DNA of 64,000 nt from Candidatus Latescibacterota bacterium (GCA_965248435.1 OZ252100.1:256001-320000); one strand, 5' to 3'. Shown: positions 41,930-50,902, counted from the stretch's first letter. Notes: generated by a model from the letters alone, not told the origin. Numbers and translations are program-made.

Positions 41930-42207
41930 CTACAAAAACCTTGGCAGCCACATACCGATGGTGAGGCCGGTGGCCCCCCATACGATCCGTCGCGCCCAGA
42001 GACTCCTCAGTCCCCTGCAATGCATCAGATAATGCGCACGTCCCAAGAATAGATAGTGAGCCCAAGCAGAAAGGGTATCCACTGACTTGCTGCCACCCGG
42101 GCAGCGCTTGAGCCTGCCAGTCCCATCAGGGCCAGTATGGCAGGGAGCGCTCAGCACCAGGGCGTACCGACCAACACGGCTGTTAGAGTTGATGCTTTCT
42201 CTTTCAA
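41930..42207 (-). CDS. Candidate selenocysteine-containing MerT-like protein (UGA 42151-42153; probable 1-nt indel ~42045-42056)
   Basis: GGAG RBS and TTG start; MKEKASTLTAVLVGTPWC-U-ALPAILALMG..; hairpin directly 3' of the UGA; C-terminal TM (FLGRAHY..RRIVWGATGLTIGMWLP) in an adjacent frame. Confidence 0.65.
42103..42150 (-). promoter_or_regulatory. Putative bacterial SECIS hairpin
   Basis: After the UGA: GCGCU/AGCGC and CCUGCCA/UGGCAGG stems, apical CCC-UGAU-GGG with the loop 22 nt from the UGA. Confidence 0.5.
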
Positions 42208-42225
42208 CTCTTGGTTCTCCCGAAA

Positions 42226-42747
42226 TTAAAGGACCTGAAACCGCTCCACCGAGAGGATAAAGGGATGTCCCGAGTGCCCTTCCGTTTTCTTCCGGACGAT
42301 CTTTCCAGAGAGGCGGACGCGCTTATCTTCTCCTTTTAGCTTCTGCCAAACCTTCTGGAGTTGATCGTTTGATTCAACAAGAAAGAGATCCCCGCTGTCT
42401 GGAATGGTCACCACGGTCAACCCCTTTTTCTCCGAAAGACGACCCGTCACGGTAAGTGATATCTCTCTAGGTGTATAACCGCCATCCCTTACGGCCTTTT
42501 CTATTCCCTCTACTGACAAGGTCTCTTTCTTCCTTGCCGTCACCTTCGCGGTCCCCTCGTCTACCAAGATCTCCAGCTTTTCTACGCCTTTCAGGCCCTT
42601 AAGCTTTTTCTCCAGACCATAGGCGCAGAACGCACAAGCAAGACCGTCCAGTTTGATGCCCACCTCTTCAACTTGAGCGAAGGCGACCACTGACTTCGAT
42701 ACGAAGACGACTGCCAACATTCCGAGGGTCAGATTCCGTTTACGCAT
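42226..42747 (-). CDS. Periplasmic HMA-domain protein with C-terminal extension
   Basis: Signal peptide; DGLACAFC..LEKKL; AVRDGGY. Confidence 0.85.
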   Translation of the reverse strand: MRKRNLTLGMLAVVFVSKSVVAFAQVEEVGIKLDGLACAFCAYGLEKKLKGLKGVEKLEILVDEGTAKVTARKKETLSVEGIEKAVRDGGYTPREISLTVTGRLSEKKGLTVVTIPDSGDLFLVESNDQLQKVWQKLKGEDKRVRLSGKIVRKKTEGHSGHPFILSVERFQVL

Positions 42748-42783
42748 TGAAAACTCCTCCATTTAAGGAAGCCCGTTTCATCA

Positions 42784-43641
42784 TCAAAACAGCAAGACCC
42801 GAATACCAACACTCAAGGTCCAATCCGGTTCCAGCTGAGTGCCATTAAGGTCCTTCAGCAGAGGAAGCTGTACCGAAGCCTCCGCGAGCAGGCGGCTAAG
42901 GGGTATATATTGAAGTCCGGGTGAGAGAAAAAGCACGTGGCCTCCCGAGTGAGGAGCGAACCGACCGCTGTCCTTATCCTTCTGTGTCCAGGCGCCGTTG
43001 AGATCCAGGTAGGCATTCACCTGCTGCGCCGGGTAAGTCCTGTAGACTCTCGGCGCCATCCGGAATGCCAGCGCGAGATTGTAGGCCAGGCCGTTGCCGT
43101 ATTCCAGGCTGTTCGCCTTGCCCCTAGCCATATAGAGCGCATCTGCATACACCCCAACCCGATCCCTGAGCCATGCAGTCACGAATCCAAAAGAGAAATC
43201 GGTCGAGCCGCTGCCGAGGGATGGCGCTTCCTGGTCATCTCCGGTGGGAAGTTTCAGGACGACCTTCGGCGCAAGACGGAAAGTCTCCCTGGGGCGGTCT
43301 ACCTGAAGAATCACGTATTTGGCGAAGAGCAACACATCGCCGAGACCCGAAGATGAGAGCTTCATTCCGCCCCTCTTCATCTCCTTGAAGACTGTCGGGA
43401 TGACGATTCCTACCACCCCATGCGTGGTTATGTTGTAAGGAATCGCTACCGGCCAGATGGTGGTGGTTAGCCGTTGGTCCAAACGCGTATTGGAAAGACG
43501 GACGACCCTGATGAATGTCCGAATCCCTCGTCCCTCGAGTCCCAGTGTAATCGGCGTATCGGTGTGGATCGGTGGACCCTGGGCCCCGCAGAAGGTTGGC
43601 ATCAGACCCAGGAAGATGGCCAGAGTCGATGCAATCCGCAT
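42784..43641 (-). CDS. Outer-membrane beta-barrel transporter (MetA-pathway/phenol-degradation family-like)
   Basis: Signal peptide, SGLGD, KLPTG, LGSGSTD, LSPGLQY, terminal Phe. Confidence 0.75.
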   Translation of the reverse strand: MRIASTLAIFLGLMPTFCGAQGPPIHTDTPITLGLEGRGIRTFIRVVRLSNTRLDQRLTTTIWPVAIPYNITTHGVVGIVIPTVFKEMKRGGMKLSSSGLGDVLLFAKYVILQVDRPRETFRLAPKVVLKLPTGDDQEAPSLGSGSTDFSFGFVTAWLRDRVGVYADALYMARGKANSLEYGNGLAYNLALAFRMAPRVYRTYPAQQVNAYLDLNGAWTQKDKDSGRFAPHSGGHVLFLSPGLQYIPLSRLLAEASVQLPLLKDLNGTQLEPDWTLSVGIRVLLF

Positions 43642-43652
43642 GGCCAGGGTTC

Positions 43653-44150
43653 TCAAATCTGCCTCTGCGCAATCCTCACCCGACGAAGCTGCGTCTTGGC
43701 ATGTTTTACCGTTCGTCCCACATTCCCGAGGCAGCAGGTCCCCTCCGGGTTCTTGATCTCGCACTCACAGTTTCCAGCCTTTATCTCAGATCTGATCATC
43801 TCGGGGATTCTGGTCTCACCTGTCCCTGCGATCTCGTCGTAAATCATTTTCTCTGAATGGTCGAAACAATAGCAGAGCGGGATCGGATCTTCAGTCTCCT
43901 TGAGACCCACGCGGACTTTCAAATCGGTCTTCAGGAATGATTGAGATCGTTCCTCCGAATAATAGACGACATTGCACGTCAGTGTCCTGCAAAAGTAGTA
44001 TTGACGACACTGAATATCAGCGACCCGCAGACTGAGAAGAAGATGTTCCAGAGTTACGCGGTCTACTGGCCTCCCAACCTGTTCGCAGGCGGGGCAGTTC
44101 GGACGGGCACCCCCGGAATCCAAGTTCCTGTCTTTGCAGCACCCTATCAT
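43653..44150 (-). CDS. CopZ N-terminal-like Zn/[2Fe-2S] Cys-rich protein
   Basis: CPAC, YYFC...C.VVYY, CYCF, C.C..KNP.G.CCLGNV. Confidence 0.82.
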   Translation of the reverse strand: MIGCCKDRNLDSGGARPNCPACEQVGRPVDRVTLEHLLLSLRVADIQCRQYYFCRTLTCNVVYYSEERSQSFLKTDLKVRVGLKETEDPIPLCYCFDHSEKMIYDEIAGTGETRIPEMIRSEIKAGNCECEIKNPEGTCCLGNVGRTVKHAKTQLRRVRIAQRQI

Positions 44151-44153
44151 GCG

Positions 44154-44489
44154 CTAACCCGCACTCGGCTTACGAGCAGTAAACCCTGTGCTGTTGATTG
44201 CCTGGATCATCTGCTCCAGGGTCACCTTCCCTTCAGTATAAGTGATGACGGCTTCGCCGTTTTCCACATCCACCTTGGCACGCCGGATCCCATCCAGTTT
44301 GTTGAGGGCCATCTTCACGCTGACCGCACAAGCACCACAGGTCATTCCCTCCACGGGGAGGGTAAGTTGCTCGGCCGGTATGGACTCGGCCGTCGCCATG
44401 AACTCCGGACGATTATCGGACCTGTTGGACAGCAGGAGAAAGGCCGAGATCGCCACCACTATCACCAGAACGACGCCGATGGTTTTCAT
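44154..44489 (-). CDS. merP: MerP-like periplasmic metal-binding protein
   Basis: Signal/TM plus GMTCGAC; follows merT. Confidence 0.8.
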   Translation of the reverse strand: MKTIGVVLVIVVAISAFLLLSNRSDNRPEFMATAESIPAEQLTLPVEGMTCGACAVSVKMALNKLDGIRRAKVDVENGEAVITYTEGKVTLEQMIQAINSTGFTARKPSAG

Positions 44490-44563
44490 TTCCGATGCCT
44501 CCTATGTAAGTCCTGCAACAAACTGTGAATCAATGAATTACATCCTATTATAAATGCACATGG

Positions 44564-44902
44564 TTAAGCGATCAGCGGCAGCAGGTAGGGGGCGGCCACC
44601 AACACCAGGGCCACGGCAGTGGCGATCCAGAGCAAGACCATGTACCGCTGTGCCCTCTCATTTGTTGGGCAGACATCTCCCTCTTCGCACTTCTGCTTTC
44701 GCCCGTAGGTGAGATAGAAAGCAGCTCCGAGAAAGAGGAACGTCACCCCCAGGAAGTATGGACGATAGGCTTCCATGCCTGCCGCCGCACCCAGGCCGCC
44801 GATCCCCAGCACAACGGCCAGAACCGGGCCGATGCAGCAGAGAGAGGCGACAAAGGCAGCCAGGACCGATCCGATCTGTGGGACCCACGTCTTCATTTGC
44901 AA
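44564..44902 (-). CDS. merT: Mercuric transport protein
   Basis: ASLCCIGP, YRPYF, loop CEEGDVC, LLWIA. Confidence 0.88.
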   Translation of the reverse strand: MQMKTWVPQIGSVLAAFVASLCCIGPVLAVVLGIGGLGAAAGMEAYRPYFLGVTFLFLGAAFYLTYGRKQKCEEGDVCPTNERAQRYMVLLWIATAVALVLVAAPYLLPLIA

Positions 44903-45318
44903 CCGTTACGTCGTTTCACGGGCTGCTCCATCGCCTCCAGAATCGGACAATCGCCCCTTGGGCCGCGACCCCTGCAGGAAGCTACCAATTTTGTGAGTGC
45001 CCTTTTCATGCCTTGCAGGGCACGAATCTTCTCTTCGGTTTCTTCAAGCTTCGCCTCCGCGCGTTTCTTGACATCCCCACAGGTCGTATCCGGGTCCACC
45101 CGAAGACTCAGGAGTTCAGAAATCTCGTCGAGCGAGAATCCCAGCGTCTGTGCGTGCTTGATAAATTGCATGCGTGTAACGGCGTCTCCGCCATACTGTC
45201 TGTACCCGGACGCGCGCCTGACGGGTCTCGGGAGGAGGCCCCGCCGTTCATAATACCGGACGGTTTCGACGTTTACCCCCGCCCTTCTGGCGAACTGACC
45301 TACCGATAAGGTTTCCAT
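44893..45318 (-). CDS. merR: Hg(II)-type MerR regulator
   Basis: VNVETVRYYERRGLL HTH; Cys triad TCGDV / SCRGRGPRGDCPIL. Confidence 0.88.
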   Translation of the reverse strand: METLSVGQFARRAGVNVETVRYYERRGLLPRPVRRASGYRQYGGDAVTRMQFIKHAQTLGFSLDEISELLSLRVDPDTTCGDVKKRAEAKLEETEEKIRALQGMKRALTKLVASCRGRGPRGDCPILEAMEQPVKRRNGCK

Positions 45319-45331
45319 TTTAACCTCGATC

Positions 45332-45739
45332 CTAATCCGAAAGTTCGACGCATTCCTGGGCAAGCTTCGTGTATTTGCCCCACACCTTTTCGGGCAGATA
45401 GTTCAAAATGATGGCTCCGACCAACATCGTCATGCCGATCCAACGCCAAGCCTGTAGACCAAAAGGCAGGATGTCAAATCCGTGCAGCAACGAGGCCGCG
45501 CTTCCGAGAAGAAAGAACGGACCTGTGAGGTGGCAGTGTACCCGACCACACCGAAAGGCGTTTGCCAGACAGGCCACGCCCATCTCGGCAAAGCAAGCCG
45601 TCCAGACGATGGTTCTGATCATCAGATGATCCAGGAAAGCCGTCACCACGATGGCAACAATGGGGATTCCCCAAACCAGGGCTGATGTCAGGCCGCTGTT
45701 GGCCCAATCCTTTCGGTCGGTTGGACAGATATCGTGCAT
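45332..45739 (-). CDS. Cys/His-rich membrane protein, first gene of the MerR operon
   Basis: About 4 TMs with ACLANAFRCGRVHCHLTGPFFL. Confidence 0.72.
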   Translation of the reverse strand: MHDICPTDRKDWANSGLTSALVWGIPIVAIVVTAFLDHLMIRTIVWTACFAEMGVACLANAFRCGRVHCHLTGPFFLLGSAASLLHGFDILPFGLQAWRWIGMTMLVGAIILNYLPEKVWGKYTKLAQECVELSD

Positions 45740-45793
45740 ATAGCGCCATCCCCGCTGATCCAGTTGGTACAGACGATCCATCTTTTTTGATTA

Positions 45794-45824
45794 AATATAA
45801 CCCCGTACCTGGATACGGAGTCAA
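45794..45824 (-). promoter_or_regulatory. MerR-type promoter/operator with 19-bp spacer
   Basis: TTGACT-CCGTATCCAGGTACGGGGT-TATATT with CCGTA/TACGG dyad, closely matching the Tn21/Tn501 PmerT layout. Confidence 0.88.
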
Positions 45825-45845
45825 GCCCCGTATCAAAAAACATTC

Positions 45846-45875
45846 AGGCCGGCCGCGATCTGCCACGGCCGGCCT
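45846..45875. terminator. GC-rich terminator hairpin
   Basis: AGGCCGGCCG-N10-CGGCCGGCCT flanked by T-rich tracts on both strands. Confidence 0.65.
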
Positions 45876-45927
45876 TTCTTCGATCCATACTGGATTATCG
45901 GATTTGTTTTTTCTCTATTTCAGGTAG

Positions 45928-46407
45928 CTATTTGCCCATGATCGGAAGTGTGATTCCTCCGTGGACTGTGACCCCATTCAGCAGGTCATCGGCCGCCCAG
46001 GCGTATTTTCCCTGGACGAAGAAGCCGACCCGGTCCATCAGGTCGAACCGGATCCCGGCAACGCCGTTGACGTGAAACTTCGTCTTCCCACCGGCATCGG
46101 CAACTCCGAACCCAGGACCGAAATAGAAATGTCCCGCGTTGTAATGGAGCTCGCCGCCCGCCAGTGTGCTGGTAATATCGTTTCGGCGGGAGAACTCATA
46201 AAACGGGGTCAGATTAAACGGACCGGTCAGCTCCAGGTCGACCGATACGTGAGCCCCGCCTCCGGTAGCATCCAGGGCGACCTTGTCGTTCCAGAGAATG
46301 CCGCCCCCCAGCTTGATCTGCTGGAATGCACCGAAACCGGCCTCAGTTGAAAGTGGCAGGCCCAGCACTAACGTTACAAAAGTAAACGCAATCGCGAACT
46401 GTCTCAT
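45928..46407 (-). CDS. Small outer-membrane beta-barrel protein
   Basis: AAGGAGG RBS, signal peptide, amphipathic strands (FYFGPGFG, AGIRF, FVQGKY). Confidence 0.75.
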   Translation of the reverse strand: MRQFAIAFTFVTLVLGLPLSTEAGFGAFQQIKLGGGILWNDKVALDATGGGAHVSVDLELTGPFNLTPFYEFSRRNDITSTLAGGELHYNAGHFYFGPGFGVADAGGKTKFHVNGVAGIRFDLMDRVGFFVQGKYAWAADDLLNGVTVHGGITLPIMGK

Positions 46408-46636
46408 ACGCCCAACCTCCTTAATCCCTCCCATCAGAATCGACCGACATACCAGGTTTGGATCGAAGGATCTCGGAGTTTGTTTTGAAACGAAGAAGCC
46501 GGACCCAATCGGCAGGTGCCGAATAGCCCGGCTTGGAGTTTTCGCTCCGTGAGCGACTTTCCTATTAGACGATTACCCCCGTTCCGGGGTTCCCAAACAG
46601 GTTGCGCAAGTTTCGTAAATAGCTATTTATATTGTA

Positions 46637-48811
46637 CTAATGTCGCATCATCCCTTCGCCAGAAAGTTGAGACAATCTCCAGGTTCGCTCCAACAGCGTG
46701 TAGGGTGACTGCCGGGCGACCGCCTCTGCCGAATCGATTTTCGCGGCTCCGTCGGGGCTCAATCCGTTTCGTCCGTAGGACTCGAAGAAACCCAGGTAAA
46801 AGTGGTCGGGGTGAACCTCTACGCGCACCTGGAGCCTATCTGATTCTGAACCTCGTTCGGCGCTGTATCTCCAGAGCCACTTTCCTCCCGCCGGGATCCG
46901 CGTATCGAACACCTCCCTGTTTTCATTCCAGCTCAGGATGATTTCTCGCCCGATCGCACGCCGGGCCTCGGATCCCTCGACCGGCTTGAGGTCTTTGCTC
47001 AACAGCCTCGCTTCTACGTAGATCATTGGAGTCACATAAGTCGGAAGGTGGTGACCTGCCCCCCGGTTTGAGATCGAGATCTCCGCCGCGACAGTGTCGG
47101 GTCCTGCTGTGATCGGATTGATCTCGAGGGAGACGGCGTCTCGAACGATTGGGGGATCGTGAATTCCCTTCCAGGTATGGCGCCTCTCCGGCATATGACA
47201 GGTCTGACAGGTCTCTCCGTTTGCCGCCTGGGGGCTCTGGAGCCATTCCCCGTAAGTATCCTGCAGGAGTTTTCCATTCAGACGAAATCCGTCTTCGTCA
47301 AACTGATGGCAGTGTCGGCAGAACGCAGATGACTGAAAGGCAGTCGATGCTGTGCCCCCAGCGTGACCCGGGCTCCGCCAGACCTGGGCGGGAGGCCGAG
47401 CGCCGGGAGGGGGTCCGAACCGGATGTGGGATCGCACGTGGCAGACCAGGCACGTAATCCCTTCTGCCTGTATGGTCGGGTTGAGTTGCTCACCTTTCTC
47501 CTGCTGCTCCGCGGCGGGGGCGTGGCAGGACAGACAGCCTGCAGTAAATCTCTCATCCTCGGTCCTATCTATCAACTGACCCACCACGCCAGGACCCATA
47601 CTCAGGGAGTGCCGGGTAGTCTGCCACTCCTGTGACTGCTGTGGATGACACCCCCCACAGGACTCCGCTCGAAGGTCCTTCGCGAGGGCATGGTATGCGG
47701 CAGGGGCTTCACCCTGGTGGGGAATGGGTGTTTCCCAAAACGTTTGCAGGAACAGTTCGTCTTCCACTCCCGTTCCGGCCCCCCGCTTCAAAAGAAGCGC
47801 CTGAGAGATCTCAGCGACCTCCTCTTCTCTCAACGAGATTTGCGGGCTGCCAAACCTGGGCACGAGCCCGTGATGCAGAGCGAATCGCAGACCCTCTTCG
47901 GCGGCGGGATGCTCGAGGGGCACGCTCAGGGCCCCGATTCGGTGACAACCCGCGCAGCCTCGCTGGGCAAAAGTTGAAAGACCCCCGGATATCGACTCTG
48001 AAGGACCGGACGGTGGGCCTGGATCGAGCTTCAATCTCCCCAATGCTTCGCCCAACAGAAATGCTGCCAGGTCTCCGATATCATCTTCTGACAAGTCGAA
48101 GCGGGGCATCCTCGCGTTGGGGATCATCGATTTCGGGTCGGCAAGATAGGCCAGAAGCCATTCAGGTCTGACCTTTTCCCCGATCCGGTCCAGCGCAGGC
48201 CCCAACGTACCGCCGAGGCCTCCGACTCGGTGACAGGCACTGCAGCCCGAAGAATCGTAGAGTGCCTCCCCGCGGGCGCGGCTGCCTGACGCCGGGGCAG
48301 GGCCGAGCTCGATTCCCCGAACGGATGTGAGAAACGCCACTAGGTTCCCTCGCTCTTCTTCACTCAAAGGCACGCGAGGCATCCTGGCCCCGGGGAGCGA
48401 TTTCGAGGGATCCTCCAGCCAGCGCCGCAGCCAATCCCCTGTCGTCTTTTGGCCGATGTTGTCGAGGTCGGGTCCCCAGCGTCGGGACACTTGACTGTTC
48501 TCGAGACCGTGACACGTCTCGCATCCGTAGAAGGAGAGCAGTCCCCTGCCGATTTGTCCTGAAGGACTGACCGGCCCGGGTGATTCAAGACCATGAATCA
48601 CCTCGAAGGGTCGCTCACTCGCATCCGGAACCCGAATTCGGACATCCCTGACGAGAGGATGAGGCGCTTCGGCCCAGACGACCCCATAAGCAGCCACACA
48701 AAGGAGTAGACACTGGAGCTGTAGAAACGACAAGAGGCGGCATAACCGCCGCCCCTCGAAGCGTGAACGAAACGTCACGCGATGTTGTGAAGGGGTGCTG
48801 CCTAGCAGCAT
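46637..48811 (-). CDS. Multiheme cytochrome c (8 CxxCH): three class-I cytochrome c domains plus a c554-like 5-heme domain
   Basis: CETCH, CSACH, CAGCH, CGGCH, CLSCH, CLVCH, CRHCH, CQTCH; GPDL..MP motifs; ATG 48811 overlaps the arsM stop and has a GGAGG RBS. Confidence 0.85.
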   Translation of the reverse strand: MLLGSTPSQHRVTFRSRFEGRRLCRLLSFLQLQCLLLCVAAYGVVWAEAPHPLVRDVRIRVPDASERPFEVIHGLESPGPVSPSGQIGRGLLSFYGCETCHGLENSQVSRRWGPDLDNIGQKTTGDWLRRWLEDPSKSLPGARMPRVPLSEEERGNLVAFLTSVRGIELGPAPASGSRARGEALYDSSGCSACHRVGGLGGTLGPALDRIGEKVRPEWLLAYLADPKSMIPNARMPRFDLSEDDIGDLAAFLLGEALGRLKLDPGPPSGPSESISGGLSTFAQRGCAGCHRIGALSVPLEHPAAEEGLRFALHHGLVPRFGSPQISLREEEVAEISQALLLKRGAGTGVEDELFLQTFWETPIPHQGEAPAAYHALAKDLRAESCGGCHPQQSQEWQTTRHSLSMGPGVVGQLIDRTEDERFTAGCLSCHAPAAEQQEKGEQLNPTIQAEGITCLVCHVRSHIRFGPPPGARPPAQVWRSPGHAGGTASTAFQSSAFCRHCHQFDEDGFRLNGKLLQDTYGEWLQSPQAANGETCQTCHMPERRHTWKGIHDPPIVRDAVSLEINPITAGPDTVAAEISISNRGAGHHLPTYVTPMIYVEARLLSKDLKPVEGSEARRAIGREIILSWNENREVFDTRIPAGGKWLWRYSAERGSESDRLQVRVEVHPDHFYLGFFESYGRNGLSPDGAAKIDSAEAVARQSPYTLLERTWRLSQLSGEGMMRH

Positions 48812-49773
48812 CCGCCTCCTCCATAATGATAAGTTGAAGGCGTAACGAAGATATCGTCCCGTCCCAGCGCCTCGAACCACTTTCCGGTTTTGTCGCAAAC
48901 CGCCAGGGGGACATCCGGCACCAGGACGTGGCCCTTACCGTCATCAAAGCATGCCTCTTCTCCAGTATAAAAGACCATCCTCCCCGTGAACACGCAGGGG
49001 CCGTCGGCGGGCAGGGGGTCATTGAACGCCGCCAGTTCTACCGTCTCCAGCAGAAGGTCCTCATGGGTCCCGTAGCGTTTTCGATCCAGGATGCGATAGG
49101 GCCGTCTCCCGCGGACTTCGACGGTTCCGTAACCGGCGTCCGTGATCAACTCCAGATACACATCCAGGGAAACCGCTCCGGAGAGGCATTCCGCCCGCAG
49201 GCGCTCGTCTGATCTCAGACGATCCGGGATCGGTTGTTCGGCAATGGGATCAGAAATCGAAAGCAGGCCTCCCCGGCTGAGCACGCGCCGCATCTCGCCG
49301 AGTGCCCTTATCAGGTCTTCCTTTTCGAAAATGTTGAACAGGCAGTTCTGGGCCGCCAGGTCGACACTCGCGTCCGGAACGGGCAGGTCCAGGGCGTCTC
49401 CCTCGAGCAGGGTGACAAAAGAGGGATCGAACCAGGGATTGGCTTCCGCCGCAATCTCGAAGTTGGCTCTGGCCTTCTCGAGCATCTCCGGAACACTGTC
49501 AACGGCGATGATAGAGCCCGCCCGCCTCGTGAAATAGGCGAACTGAAGGGCCTCCATGCCTCCCCCGACTCCGACGTAGAGCACATTCGTGTCGGGATTC
49601 AGATCCTGCAGGTGCACCGTCGTCCCACATCCATAGTTCATCTCGGACATCTCCTCGGGAACGACCAATCCCGGGAGCGCCATCGGTTTGGAAGTGGAGC
49701 AACAGAGCGAGGCCTGGGGCTCCAATGCGGCCTCCCGATAAACCTCGCGAGTCGTTTCCAGATAGGTGCTCAT
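48802..49773 (-). CDS. arsM: Arsenite methyltransferase, arsenosugar-cluster type
   Basis: LCC, MNYGCG, YVGVGGG, QNCLFN, CLSGA, DGPCVFTG, VCDKT, terminal YGGGGCC. Confidence 0.88.
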   Translation of the reverse strand: MSTYLETTREVYREAALEPQASLCCSTSKPMALPGLVVPEEMSEMNYGCGTTVHLQDLNPDTNVLYVGVGGGMEALQFAYFTRRAGSIIAVDSVPEMLEKARANFEIAAEANPWFDPSFVTLLEGDALDLPVPDASVDLAAQNCLFNIFEKEDLIRALGEMRRVLSRGGLLSISDPIAEQPIPDRLRSDERLRAECLSGAVSLDVYLELITDAGYGTVEVRGRRPYRILDRKRYGTHEDLLLETVELAAFNDPLPADGPCVFTGRMVFYTGEEACFDDGKGHVLVPDVPLAVCDKTGKWFEALGRDDIFVTPSTYHYGGGGCC

Positions 49774-49792
49774 TCATCCTCCTCTGCGATCG

Positions 49793-50902
49793 TCAGAAAT
49801 AAACCCTGAGAAACAGAATCGTGGCTCCGGCAAGGACCGCTGAAAGCGGAAGTGTGATGATCCAGGCGCCCACGATACCGCCTATCACGTTCCACCTCCC
49901 CTGTCGAGTCGCAATGCCCATGCCAAACAGCGAACCGCACGAAACGTGCGTTGTAGAAACCGGGACGCCCATCCGGGACGCACCCAGTACCATCAAAGAA
50001 GTGATGAGATTGGCCGTGAACCCTTGACCGTGATTCATCTCCGTGATTCGATAGCTCATTGTATCGGCCACGCGTCGCGCACTCAACAGGCCGCCCGCGG
50101 CCATCGCCAGGCCGACGGCAAAGGAAGCCGACCCCGGACTCAGGAGATACGCACCGGAGACAAGGGCTACGATCTTAGGCGTGTCGTTCAATCCCCGTGC
50201 GAGACAAACGGCGCCCGCGCTCAGAAAGTGGAGCCGATCCAGAACCGTCTGAGCGCTCACACCGAGCACGCCTCCTGAGTAGCGCTCGGCACAGCTGGAT
50301 ATGTCGTCTACCCGCAGGGCAAGCCCAGATGACTGCAGGGCGGTTGCCTCTCCAATGCCTACGGGGACCCAATCCCCCCCAGGTTCGATGCATACACAGG
50401 TCTGCTTTCCGATTCCCATTCGGAGCCGGAGGCCCCGAAGGATGGGATAGAGCCCGCGTGTTGCCGCCAGGGACAGCAGTGGGCTGACCAGCAGCGGCAG
50501 CAGGAACACTCCCCAAAGCTCGGCGAATCTGACATCGGTCCAGACAGAGATGAGTCCGGCGCCGGACAGCGCACCTGTCAAGCTGTGCGTCGTCGAGATT
50601 GGAACGCCTGAACGTGTCGCAATGATCACCGTGCATGCAGCACTGAAGCCAACCGCCGTGAGAAAGGGCAAGTCAAGCAAGGCATCGGGCACCAGCCCCT
50701 TGCCTGAAAAGATGTGAAGCAGCCTGTAGGAGAAGAATGCGGCCAGGACCGATCCGGCAAAGGTCGTGACCGTCGACCAGGCAAGCGCTTTTCGGTAGCC
50801 CGTGGTGCTGCTGCCCAAAAGCGTGGCGACGCCCTTGAAGTTGTCGTTTGCCCCATTGGCATATGCGAGAAAGAGTACGGAAGCGATCAGCAGCTCCGTC
50901 AA
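49793..50902 (-). CDS. PiT-family inorganic phosphate/anion transporter
   Basis: NGANDNFKG, PISTTH, GLNDTPK, PVSTTH; Cys-containing loop. Confidence 0.88.
   Translation of the reverse strand: MTELLIASVLFLAYANGANDNFKGVATLLGSSTTGYRKALAWSTVTTFAGSVLAAFFSYRLLHIFSGKGLVPDALLDLPFLTAVGFSAACTVIIATRSGVPISTTHSLTGALSGAGLISVWTDVRFAELWGVFLLPLLVSPLLSLAATRGLYPILRGLRLRMGIGKQTCVCIEPGGDWVPVGIGEATALQSSGLALRVDDISSCAERYSGGVLGVSAQTVLDRLHFLSAGAVCLARGLNDTPKIVALVSGAYLLSPGSASFAVGLAMAAGGLLSARRVADTMSYRITEMNHGQGFTANLITSLMVLGASRMGVPVSTTHVSCGSLFGMGIATRQGRWNVIGGIVGAWIITLPLSAVLAGATILFLRVYF

Noticed and set aside
41930-42157. 75-aa ORF MLSAPCHTG... from the ORF track
   Set aside because: Its N-terminal half is out of frame with the RBS-supported MerT-like start; only the C-terminal part appears to be real coding sequence.
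40300-46450. Metal region as a transposon or mobile element
   Set aside because: No transposase, resolvase, integrase or terminal repeats are visible; horizontal origin cannot be shown from this window.
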